A stretch of 63,392 bases of DNA, filler included, from Chiloscyllium plagiosum (taxonomy: Eukaryota): the NCBI RefSeq assembly GCF_004010195.1. It is 5 parts of one record of this genome, joined end to end, with 100 filler letters (N's around TTAATTAATTAA, not from the genome) between each part and the next. Parts side by side here need not be neighbours in the genome. Positions count along the whole stretch, not along the records: positions 28,640 to 55,595 come from NC_057710.1; 4 more parts are not named here. The stretch is one strand, 5' to 3'. The notes under the pieces were generated by a model. That model was not told the origin of the DNA. It ran no database searches and was given only the letters and a program-made list of their open reading frames with translations. Made by a program: the position numbers and the translations under genes. The stretch's first letter is position 1. Every line of letters starts with the position of its first letter. Below, piece by piece: positions 38,629 through 50,002 of the stretch.

Positions 38629-40376
38629 TGGCTCTGGGATCACCCTGGTTTCAATAACATGGTAATGACCAAGTATTAAATTGGATTGAATGAAACTTAA
38701 TTGTCACTTCAGTGTCTCATGAGAGAGGTGGTTATTTTACCGGGTTGAGTTTTGCAGAATTTTTATTTTTATCTATTTATTTAAGTAGTTGCAGTCCTCG
38801 CTCTCAGCGTTTCAAGGGCTCGCCTCGCCCACACAGTGATTGGGGGTGACTCACATCTGCAGCAAAGTGCGTTACTTGGTCCGTGCTCACGCTGTTGTGT
38901 AGCCCGTTAACATTAGATGTGAGTGGTTCAGAACTAATCAGAAATTGAGCAGGTCATTTATGACGGGGTTACGGCATCCATCATTTGTTTCTCCTACCTT
39001 CACGTACCAACAGCGGGTTCACTTCCGAACGCCAGCGTTGACATTAGCAGGACGGTTGTAATTTACAGACACGGTTTATTGGATGAACTCTGATTGGGAA
39101 TACACTATCAGACTTCCAGTCTCTGAGTGTAAATTCTCTGATCCGGCTTGTCCCTAGTTCCCCCATGGGACCCCCTACTTCCCAGGAACCGTGTTTACGC
39201 GTCTAATATTATACTTATATCGTATAGGGATTCTAAGGTTTGTGATTTTAAAGAGACCTCCAGACATGATTCAAATCTTATTTCAGGAGAATGCCATGCA
39301 AGATAATCCACCAACTGCAAGTACTTCTCATCAATGTCCTCCTTCATATTACTCCTTCGGTCAGTTTTAATCTTGTTTGAATCATTATATTCAGTGGGCA
39401 TATTCCTTCAGGACAGATTCTATGACTTTGTTTTGAACTGCACAATGCGGAATGTTGTAATCAGCCATCGTTATCGATATTTTTTATTCTCGTGTTACTT
39501 TCACGGTTCCAATTAATTAAAGCACAAATTTGAATTGAGCTGAATAATAGAGGCATTTTCCAGTACGAATACGTTGATTTCAGTGGATTACATTTGCTCT
39601 GTGCATTCCTTATGTGCTGGAATCTCGACATGAGAATGTTAAATTCCCCTTTTATAATCGCTTAATAAACGGAAATAAAAGACGGTCTTTACCTGCCCTG
39701 AGTCTTGTGGAAGTTGAACCTGATCTGATTTCTGCTGCTGTTTATAAATAGCATCAGCCAGCATATTGTCAAACCAAAGACAGGCTCTCTGATAGACCAG
39801 CGGGTTTGCTTCCCCCTTCTACAAAGTTATGCCATCACTGACATATAATAATCATTTCACAAGGAATATTGCGTTCATTCGTCTTATAAACCTTTTGCAT
39901 TCTTTGCTCTCACCGTGAAGCAACTTGAAATTAAATATGTCATGAACAATGTATTTGTCACTTTTACAATCAATAATAACCTGTATACAGACTGCCATTG
40001 GAGGTTCTGCAGGAATGCGAGTAAATAAAACACAGCGATGTCTGGCCTGAGATGGACACCCACGATTAACCATTTAAAACTTTTATCTCATTTTTGCAAC
40101 TGACCTGCGCTTACCAGCATGCTTTTAAATTACAGTTCTCAGTTCGGACAATTAGATTAATTCGCTGTCTTTGTACTCAGTTGCTTCAGTTCACCTCAAC
40201 CACCATTTGGTTCCAGGATCCAGACCAAACCAAAAACTAGCATCAGAGGCAGTTTTGGTCAGCAGCGTGTTACAGTTGCAAAAACATGTGAGAATTCCCG
40301 CCGTGTCCTGTTGTTTGTTCGAACACGGTGTTAACTGGAGAGAAAAGTAAAATCAACGTCTAGGGATTATTAACAA

Positions 40377-40382
40377 TTTATT
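40377..40382 (-). terminator. Probable polyadenylation signal (AATAAA) of the Pdx gene
   Basis: Plus-strand TTTATT ~315 nt downstream of the stop, preceded on the minus strand by TGTA, at the end of an AT-rich putative 3'UTR. Confidence 0.55.
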
Positions 40383-40695
40383 CCTGATCGTGTACATATA
40401 CTAATATTATTGCTGGCGCTTGTCTTTAAAGCCTGTCGTATTGAGGCAGTAATAATTTCTGCTGTTAGATATTTAAATAAATCGCATTCTGTGATCAAAC
40501 AATTAGTTCAATTTTTAACAATATATTAAATATTTAAATGGTTTACATGCGGCCTTGTTTCATAGATTATAAAATATGCTACAATATTTCCCAGCCTCAG
40601 AGGATTCGGGATGGGCGATAAATCCCTTACAGCCTGTGAATGATTAAAAACTTATCAGTTGACACATTTCTAAGGGAACATGTTAGCTTCACATT

Positions 40696-41072
40696 CTATG
40701 TGACTAGTAGATGTTCAACATCGCTGTTGACTCTAGTCAGAGAAAAATCATTGTCCTTGATGAAGGAAGTCCCCGAGTGATTCCCTGCCCTGGCATCTCC
40801 CGAAGACTTATCGCGCTGCGCCGCTTCTGCTTTGCTCAAATTGGTCTTGATCTGTCTTTTTGCCTCTTCCTTCTTCCATTTCATCCTTCTGTTTTGGAAC
40901 CAGATTTTGATGTGCCTCTCGGTGAGGTTCAGCATCGCCGCGAGTTCAATGCGCCGGGGTCTGGAGATGTACTTGTTAAAATGGAACTCCTTCTCCAGCT
41001 CCAGAAGCTGGCCTCTGGTATAGGCCGTTCGGGTCCGCTTGCATTCCTCGGCGTCCAGCGGAAAGTTGTTTC
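40696..41072 (-). CDS. pdx2: Pdx/Xlox-family ParaHox gene, coding exon 2 (homeodomain 41043..40864 + C-terminal tail, TAG stop)
   Basis: The acceptor ttttctggcAG|GA completes the phase-1 Gly codon. Translation: (G)[73 protein letters not shown]...[14 protein letters not shown] with KYISRPRR is Pdx-diagnostic. Spliced CDS is 696 nt = 231 aa. Confidence 0.93.
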
Positions 41073-43490
41073 CTGCCAGAAAACCAGATCGTGAACAAGA
41101 ATCACAAATAACTCTAGTGAGATGAGCAGGTCGAGGGTCCTGTGGATTTAGTCCCGCAGGCCAGGACCTTTAGTTGACGTGAAATCGAAAAAGATGCACC
41201 TTGAAAGGTTTAATTTGTTTCATATTGACCGCCCCTCCCCGAAATGTTCTTTACTGTTACAGGACAATATTTTGCTAAGTGTTTCATTCAGGGTGGTCTC
41301 AAGGGTTGACACTCTGTGGGGGAATCTGGCACAAGTTGCTAGCAAATTTTCATTTATTACAAAATAGGATGGATATCATGAAAAACCTGGGACCTTCATG
41401 GTTTTACCTACATCTGAAACTTCCAGGTCCCATGCACTTCTCAAAGTAATTATTCATTTTCGAGACTGGTTAGGTCGGACAACACATCCCTTGCTACATT
41501 TTAAACCACATTGGTACAGAGAGAAGTTTAACAATCTGCTGGCATCTGGAGTGAACACATCCCAGTAGATTTTTTTCAGCAATACTCGCTTTAGCATTCC
41601 CCCTTTGAATAATTAAATTCTGTAATTGATACACAATTAACTCTCAGCATAACAGATGAGATAGTTAATATGCTGGCTAACGTACCAGTAACTTCTGTGT
41701 GTTTAAGTAGTAATGACTAAAATGCTTTGTTCTGTAAAGACTCTTTTAAATGAGCCACTTTCTCCCCTTGGTCAAGCATCACCGTCCCAGTAAAATAATT
41801 TCATCTCAATCAGAATTATCAAGCTAATTGTAGAATCATTCATTCCATAAATACTTACGTCTCTGCCTGTAATTAAGAGTTATTAAGAATTACGTAGTAC
41901 ATATTGGTACAGAAACTCTTTGGTTCTCGCTCCTATATTTGCATGTCTTTGGGGACTTTTCTCATGGCGATGCGTGGAAACGGCGGGGAGTATTCAGAAT
42001 ACAGATTAAGGGGAAATTAATTTCCCCCATCTGTATTTCTAACTTTTTGGAATGTAGTGGTCTTTCGTTTGGAAACAGTCGCTAATGTTCCGTCATGTAC
42101 ATTATAAAGTTCTTAGAGTCAGGCTACACCAACAATAATGTAACAACTCAAAATCTTGAGGAAAACTGAATATTATCGCTAAAAGAATTTCTTGCAAACT
42201 TCATTTTAATGACTCATGATTTAACTATGAAATTTGATTTATATAAAAAGTGTTATCGCATTCATTATGGGAACGGAGCCCATTATCATAAGTGTAAAGA
42301 CTTTCTCCAATCGCTCTTGGGTCGCCTAAATTAATGTGGAAAAACAGACAGACAGTCTATTTCAACCGAACGTGTGCCTGTTAAATGTGGGCCTCTACTT
42401 ATATAATATTATTAGTTTCAACTAAAACTGTCCTTTTTCCAAACTGTTATAAAAATCTGCAGTTTTAATATTTGAAGAATCCATTTTCAATCCGCAAACC
42501 TGCAACCACACTTCCAGAATGAACCCAAACCTTTCTTATAAATCAATTGTCGGCGTGCCACTGCTGCAGCAGAGGTTCTGATGTGTTTTATTATTCACTA
42601 AATATTAGTATCTGTCGGGAACAAATGGCGCAAACCTCAGTTATTCGGTGCTTAATAAATATACATTTTTACAGACTACTATGCTCCCCAGATCAGGCAA
42701 ATCGATTACCCTCAGAGATATATCTATAACAAACATTTCGACAATTGCCCAGGGGGCAAGAGTACCTCCAAAGGCACGGGAATACTTATTAGAATTGCAC
42801 CAATTATTTAACGTGGTGCTCAGATCATCACCAAAAGTACCTACGAAAGAATATGGAAGAGACCGAGTTCGGGCCCATCACGCCTCATTGGCACAGATCC
42901 ATTATAATGGCCAATATTGTGGATTCTCTCCACCTACCTGAAAGAAGGTGATGCTCATTTTTAAGTAAAGAAGGCAAAGTAATGGCTTCATTACAGTCCA
43001 ATCAATTATCTCCTTGCCCTGCTCCCTTCGTGCTATTTGCATAGGAAACACTAAACTCAACAGGGTAAGCAAGTCAAATACTTGACATACGCAGTTAATG
43101 TGAATCGAGTGATCAAGGCACGTGATGTTGGTTTAATTCTCCTTCAGCTGTTTTACATCGCGAGTTAAGTTTGGTATTATCAATCGGAGTAAAAGAAAGG
43201 AAATTCTGCCATGATTTGTAAGGGATTTCAATTTCTTAATTTCCAGTTATACGTTCTGCTTCAGATAAAATCTAATCTGGGCTCCTACTTACACGAATAC
43301 ATACCCTATAATATACGTGCTCATACTTAGAAGCACTTGGGTGCACACACATCTCTATATATTTTCTTACACCGTAAATATTTTGCATCTGAAGCATATC
43401 GGATGGAGGTTGTTTGTTCATTCGATTTCCTATTTATTATTAAACTCAAGCGAAGGCTGAATTTAATAATCGATTAACTCGTCACCATAC
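41073..43490 (-). other. Single phase-1 intron of the Pdx gene (2418 nt)
   Basis: GT donor at 43490-43489 and AG acceptor at 41074-41073 with a pyrimidine tract. It lies between hexapeptide and homeodomain as in Pdx/Hox genes, and splicing keeps the reading frame. Confidence 0.9.
42899..42993. promoter_or_regulatory. Intronic cluster of palindromic homeodomain (TAAT) sites
   Basis: Perfect 12-bp palindrome CCATTATAATGG (42899-42910) and TAATGGCTTCATTA (42980-42993) in non-repetitive intron sequence. Confidence 0.35.
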
Positions 43491-43809
43491 CTCCCCATTG
43501 ATTTCTCCAAGTATGCGATTTGGTGTTCTTCATCCAGGGGAACGGGTAGTGGCCCTGAAGCTGGAGATTATCCCCATACCCGGCGTCGAAGTAGTTAGGC
43601 TGTGGAATATAGTCACAGCTCGGATTTGTAGAACCCTGGTAAGGGTAAGGGCTGAAATCCGTGTCATCCTGTACCTTTAAATCACCGCAGCATGACCTGA
43701 GAACAGAAGTCGGCGGAGTCCGGAAGTACACACAGGCAGGTGGATTTGGAGCGTATTCCGAACACTGATATTCACACGCACTCTCGAAATAGTTCAGGTC
43801 TCCCTCCAT
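43491..43809 (-). CDS. pdx2: Pdx/Xlox-family ParaHox gene, coding exon 1 (106 codons + 1 nt)
   Basis: Reads MEGDLNYFESACEYQCSEYAPNPPACVY...TDFSPY...YPFPWMKNTKSHTWRNQWG. It contains the Pdx PPAC(L/V)Y motif, the FPWMK hexapeptide and the Pdx-specific HxW..QW linker. It ends at a canonical donor G|GTATGG (intron starts 43490). An in-frame upstream ATG at 43830 is an alternative start. Confidence 0.92.
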
Positions 43810-43923
43810 AACTGTCTTGGTATCTAACATCAACAGCGATCCTATGACAAGTTCTCGAGAATTCCTACGGGGCACATGGAGTGAACTCTAACACCTGAAC
43901 CGAGTCTCCTCACCTACAGCTTT

Positions 43924-43954
43924 GTCATGTGCTTACTGCAGAGTCGCTGATTGG
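43924..43954 (-). promoter_or_regulatory. Candidate proximal promoter: CCAAT box and CACATGAC E-box
   Basis: ATTGG at 43950-43954 (CCAAT on minus) and GTCATGTG at 43924-43931, ~115-145 nt upstream of the ATG. Confidence 0.4.
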
Positions 43955-44399
43955 TAGACAGCAAACGGGCGTTTTATTTTTTTAAAATCCAAATTCTTTC
44001 ACTGCATCACATTGTAAAATCGCAGTTTTAAAAAGAAAATGTCCAGTGTGTGATGCGAGAAATGCAGTTAAACTGAGATCAACTCCATTCGATTGGAGTG
44101 AAGCATAACATCCCAATCATAGAAAGCGTGTCGTGATGACAGGTTGCAAAGCGCAGCAAGTTCCAACAGACGGTGTTACGCAAGTAAGGGTTTGGAAAAG
44201 TGATTACGTCGTTTCTATGAACTATGGACTAATTTATTGATTGCCTTATTACGAAAATTAATAAGATGCGATACAAATATATGAATATAATTTGATAAAA
44301 TGATGCTTGGTGGCATTTTGTAAACCTGCCAATATATATATTTAATATGTGTGAAATTTAACATACACCGCATAGGTTCGTAGAGTATCCACTCTCAGA

Positions 44400-44480
44400 G
44401 AGACACACATTGACACACACACACACATGCAGACACATATACACACAGTCAGATATGTGCACATACACACGCAGAAACGT
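44400..44480. repeat. Imperfect (CA)n microsatellite
   Basis: gacacacacacacacatgcagacacatatacacac... Confidence 0.8.
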
Positions 44481-44489
44481 ACTCAAACA

Positions 44490-45095
44490 TGGCTTTCATT
44501 AACAAGGGGATCCAGTTTAAGAGCCGCATGGTTTTGCTGCAGCTCTACAAGTCCCTGGTGAGACCACACTTATTCTGTCCAGTTCTGGTCGCCCTAATAT
44601 AGGAAAGATACAGAGGCTTTGGAGAGGGTTTACCAGATGCTGCGTGGACTGGAGGGCTTGCCTTGTGAAGAAAGGTTGACTAAGCTAGGACTTTTCTTTC
44701 TGGAGAGAAGGAAGAAGCGAGGAGACCTGATCCAGGTGTACAAAATAATGAGAGGAGTAGATAGAGTCAGTAGCCAGAGACTTTTCCCCAGGGCAGGATT
44801 GACTGGTACAAGAAGTCATAGTTTGAAGATATTAGGAGGAAGGTATAAAGGAGACGTCAGAAGTAGGTTCTTCACACAGAGAGTTGTGAATGCATGGAAT
44901 GCGTTGCCACCTGTGGTGGTGGTGGAAGCAGAGTCATTGGGGACATTTAAGCGACTGCTGGACATGCACATGGATAGCAGTGAGTTGAGGGGTGCGTACG
45001 TTACTATATTTTACATTAGGATTAAATCTCGGCACAACATCGTGGGTCAAAGGGCCTGTTCTGTGCTGTACTTTATTATGTTCTATGTTCTCTAC
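44490..45095 (+). mobile_element. CR1 3' fragment ~0.7 kb upstream of the Pdx start
   Basis: ORF 44619..45167 LERRKKRGDLIQVYKIMRG...FFTQRVVNAWNALP and a ttctatgttct tail. Confidence 0.85.
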
Positions 45096-46524
45096 ACAGA
45101 CATAAACACAAGCACAAACACCGCTGCTTCTGTGTATTGCAGATGTATTTTTGTACAACCAAATTAAAGCGTTAGAAAAGCCGTGCGCTGACTTTTTAAA
45201 AAAAAATGTCTGGAATAGATTTGGTGGTAAATAATTTGATATTCAATATTCAAGTCCAAATTGGGGTATAATGTATCAACTGCTCCATCCAATCGTTCCG
45301 CATGGTCAGTATTATGACAATTCGGATTAACTTTGTTTTTGTACGTTCAAACCTGGATGGTCCCATGCATTAAGTAGGTTATTTCAGATCAGAGTAGATA
45401 TGTGACATGTCTTTGGTAAAGTATCATTCAAACAAAAGAAACCTTTAAAAAACTGCTGGTATAGGATGAATGGGTAAAGAATATGTAGGACAAGTTATTG
45501 CGATGCGTTGTCGTTTTCCCATATTTTTGGATTTGGAGAGTAGCTGCTTATCCTGTCAGTAGGTCCAACGGCTGCTGCTGTATTAGATTTTGCAAAGTCA
45601 CAGTAGTTCATAACAAGAGCACTAACAACGGACTTCAATCACGTTTACAGCATTAGTCTGGTGCCAGCTGTTAATTCACAGCAGGGATTTTTTTGGTGAT
45701 AGGTGTTCATGTCTTGATTCCATAAGACTGTATAGTAGCAATCTTAATCAAGCTGTGGTTTCTGGCGTCATTCACTGCCAGCTAAAGAACAACGATCTTG
45801 TTGAAGTAAAACTGGGTCTAAAGTATTCTGCCTCCGCGGTGAGGATATTGATTTTTCCCTTGTTTAATATGTAGCCTGTGTACACAGTAGAAATAAATGA
45901 CCTTTTCACCTGGTATCAGGTAGCAAACTACAGGTTGACTTGGAGACCAAAGTATGGGAAGTTAGTCTTGAACAAAGCGAATCGATATTCAAGCCTGCTG
46001 CTTTTATATCAACATTCATCTTTGAGTACTGTGTTATTTCAATTTTTTTTATTTCTCATCTTCCTTTATAAGCCCTGTAGAGGTTTGTAAAAAAATACTG
46101 TTTCAAGTAAAGCTGTAGGTAAGTTGAATCTCCAAAGTGCGGCGGCTACTCACGGATATATAACGCAACAAGACATAGCTGACAAATGACGAGTGATAGT
46201 TCGAGTTATTTGATTTGTTATGAAAAACGTCTTAACAAAAATTCCAAAAACACTTCATCACTTCATATATCGGTGAAATGTAGAGCAAATCTATGTTCAT
46301 ACAAACAGATCTTCTCGGGTGTACATGCAATGATCAAAATTCTCAGAAGGATATGGCTTTCCTTTGAAAATTTACTTTCTAAACGCATCTAAAATGCAGC
46401 ATTTAAAAATAATATGGAAACAAAGCAAATGATTGAAACAATAACTGAATAGACACACCCGGATTTTTTGAACTGATAGATACATATCTTCTGCTTTATT
46501 TGTTCGATATCGTCATTACTGTGA

Positions 46525-47480
46525 GACCAGTATTTATTGCCCATCCTTAATTACTCTATAGAACTTGGTGGTGAGCTGCCCTGTGAAATTACTGCAACCC
46601 TGGATTTGGAGCATAGCAGGGACACCTGCAGTACTTTAGGGTGGGAGCCCCAGGAATTTGTCTCAGTGACACTGAACGAACAACGATTAATTTCCAAATC
46701 TCCAAATCGATGACTGGCTTGGAGGGAAACGTGCAGGTGGAGTGTTCCCATCTCTCGGCTCCCCTTGTCCTTAAAGGTGGTAGAGATCGCAGGTTCGGGA
46801 GATGCGGTTTAAGGAGCTATACTAAGTTGCACGATACACATTTCTGTGATTGTGCATTGGTGGTGGAGGGACAGAATGCTACAAATAGTAGATATGGTCC
46901 CAATCAAGCAATGTGCTTTGTCCTGGATGGTCTGAAGATTCCACTCTCGTCCAGCTAAGTGGGGAGTATTCGATCACACCCCTGACTTAGAATCATAGAG
47001 ATCCAGAGCTAGAGAGCATAGGTTTATGGTGAGAAGGGAAAAAAAAATTAGAAGGGACCTAAGGGGCAACATTTTCACACAGAGGGCGGTGCCTGCATGG
47101 AATGAGCTGCCAGAGGAAGTGGCAGAGGCTGGTACAACTACAACATTTAAAAGGCATCTGGATGGCTATTTGAATAGGAAGGGTTGAGAGGGATATGGGC
47201 CGGGTGCTGGCAAATGGGACTAGATCAGGTTAAGATGTCCGGTCGGCATGGATGAGTTGGACCGAAAGGTCTGTTTCCGTGCTGCATTCTAAATGGTGGA
47301 CAGGGTTTGGAGAGACTGCAAAAATTGCACTGTCCCTAGCCATTGCTCTCTTCTTGTAGCCACATCATTTATATCGCTGTTCAGTTCAGTTTCTGATCAA
47401 TGAAATCGCCCAGGATGTTGCTAGCCGGGCGCTCAGTATTGGTAATGCCATTTAACATCAAGGAGCAATGGTCAGAGATG
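46525..47480 (-). mobile_element. LINE 3' fragment with a nested plus-strand CR1 tail (~46990-47285)
   Basis: ccagtatttattgcccatcc...ggtggtgagctgcc end, shared with 54795-55295. The nested piece is a CR1 3'UTR. Confidence 0.6.
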
Positions 47481-47842
47481 CTCAGTGACTTGTTCCTGCT
47501 ACTCGTTTATATAGTCTGTAAATCAAGCTAATCAATCCTGGGGTGGCTGAGGAGACTCATCCAAAAGCTAGAGGGAAGTCCACTGATCCAAACTGGGGAA
47601 TCCGACACATTGTATTTGCATAATCGCAGGAAAACGCTTCAGCTAGCGAATTGATAACTCCGGGAGGAACACAGAATATAAATACAAAAAAGCATGCTTA
47701 CAAAATGTGATGGTTAAATTTCAGCCTGATGAATTAATGCCTTTATTGACTGTTAACTAAAAATCAGAATGAATCCTTACTAAACACTGCTGTATGGCAA
47801 GTTACTACAATGTTCAAACCGTTAAAGATAAGAGCGTTCCCC

Positions 47843-48143
47843 AATGGTTAGCACTGCTGCCTCACAGTGTTAGGGTCCTGGGTTCAATTTCAGCCTTGGG
47901 CGACTGTGTGGAATTTGCACATTCTTCCCGTGTGTGCGTGGGTTTCCTCCGGGTGTTCCGGGTTCCTTCCACAGTCCAAAGATGCGCAGGTAAGGTGAAT
48001 TGGCCATGCTAAATTGCCGATAGTGTTAGGTGCATTAGTTAGAGGGGAAAAGGGTCTGGGTGGGTTACCCCTTCGGAGGGTCGGTGTGGACTTGTTGGGC
48101 CGAAGGGCCTGTTTCCACACTGTAGGGAATCTAATCTAATCTA
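47843..48143 (+). mobile_element. HE1-like tRNA-derived SINE
   Basis: tggttagcactgctgcctcacag...gggttcaat A/B-box head, body matching the 8154 copy, and a (ctaat)n tail. Confidence 0.85.
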
Positions 48144-50002
48144 AGACCTCAGTGCCCTTAATTTGGTAGGCAAAGAAGGGCTCCGGTCTCCAATCCAGAT
48201 CTTTGGCCAAGAAGTCCTGTTGGGAGTGTACATGCATCCCATGGCAGCCGAGCCTGGCTACTTTGTCTCCAGTAATGAGTAAGGACAGAAATGTTCAGAA
48301 TGATGTACAGCCCGTCTCTGAGGTTGAACGTTATGGAACTTGGGTCAATTCGATGCAAGCGGAGCTGCTCACAAAGGAAAGTGGACATGTTTTCTATCTC
48401 TCACGAAAGGCCACTAGACTCGAAACGTGAACTCATTCTTTTCTGCCCATAGATCTGCCAGACCTGCTGAGTTTCTCAACGTTGTTTCAAGATTTGCACA
48501 TCCGTTTATATTATCGATGTTTATATTATCGATGTACCTCAACACACTTGGTACAATGCAGTGTGCAAATACAACCAATAGTGAACATAACTCATTTCTA
48601 AAGTCGAAGATTTTTCAGATATGTTAGTTTCACCTGCGAAATGGTTCAGCATAAATACGTTTTTGATCCATTGCTTTATTTCAATGTGGTGCAATTCATA
48701 TTGTAATTCAGTTTGGGATAGCGAGTTTAAAACCCTGATAGAACAACGTAGATTTGAAGAAATATGTGAGTTCTGAAAAGTGGTCGATCAACGACTGATA
48801 TATTGAGTAACAGCATATAGATGTCTCGCTATAAATGTTGCGTGTCGCAAGATTATATATCGTAATCAGCACTTTCGGGCTTTATTTATTCACTTTAAAG
48901 TTATTGGTTTCATTTTGAAGAATGGTGAAAGAACAATCCGTTTTTTATATAAATGAAATTCCAAATCCAATTGTACCAAACTCTTAACGGAGCAGTCCCA
49001 TATTCCAAGCAAGCTAGGTCCTCTGGAATCCTGGTTGCAAGATTCAGCAAATTATACATTCTGTACGTCTCGCTCATTGTTATTGTATCGTGTGCACTGC
49101 CAAGCCAGAATGAAGACTGACTGCTGCCATGAGGAATTAATTGATGAAGAACGCTGTCTACTATTTGACTGAAAGATAGTACCGATTTTCTCTACTATCA
49201 AGTGCAAACATCTGCACAAAGTGTTGCATTGCTTTCCGCTTTGATTTAATGGAAAATAATATATTTGTTTAAAAATAGTAAAAATGTAATATTGTATTTC
49301 CCGGTATCAAAGTGAAAAAAATAGTGAATAAAGAAGTCCCCAGAATATAATCTATCGCCTTTAGAGGGTTACACACGAGATGCATTGCACTCTCTACTTG
49401 TCAAATTATTTCGTGACACGTCAAGCCGGTTCGATGCCGTGGGTTGGCTGAAAATTATTAAAAGATCTGAATGTTTTAGCAACTTGTTTTGCGCAAGAGG
49501 AGATTTCTGACAGCAGAGCTGTCAATTTCTCCAGAGTAGCCAAATGGGAGGTCAGTTTGAAGTAAAGATGAAACATTGCACCCACGCCTGCCACACAAAA
49601 GCAAGGATGCGGTGACACTGGGGCAGGAAACAGAGGAGATCCTCCATGATGTTGCCAGGGATGGCGGCCATGAGAAGAGGCTGGGTAAGCTCGGGTTGCT
49701 TCCTTATGGAGCAGAACAGGCTGCAAGGAGACCTGATGGGGGTCTGTAAGATTATGAGGGGCCCGGACAGAGTGAATAGAAAGCAGTTGTTCCCCCTAAG
49801 TGAAGGGTAAAGAACAAGGCATAATTTCAAGGTGAAAAGCAGGAGATTTGAGAATTGCTTTACACCCAGATAGTGGCGGGGATCTGGTAAGGGAAGGGGG
49901 TAAAGTGGGAAGCTTCGGAACCTTTAGAAAGGATTTGGACTGCATTTGAAATGTCATAATATTCAGGGCCAAGAGCTGGGGAAGTCTGACTAATGTGGGT
50001 AA

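Noticed and set aside
40864..41043. Calling the gene Pdx1 or a Hox gene
   Set aside because: [10 protein letters not shown] and KYISRPRR exclude Hox. G11, H21, I32, A36, the divergent termini and the absence of a neighbouring Cdx argue against Pdx1, pending phylogeny.
40711..41094. 127-aa plus-strand ORF over the homeobox
   Set aside because: Antisense shadow of the Pdx exon.
41135..41170. Possible hairpin (ggtcctg...caggacc) near the Pdx2 3' splice site
   Set aside because: Short and imperfect; expected by chance without conservation data.
43810..43875. ORF-track N-terminal extension MPRRNSRE... and C-terminal GMVTS* of the 133-aa ORF
   Set aside because: It starts at GTG and reads through the splice donor. 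Pdx similarity begins at MEGD and continues into exon 2.
47843..47900. tRNA-like A/B boxes (also ~8380-8441)
   Set aside because: SINE heads continuing into the SINE body and tail; not tRNA genes.
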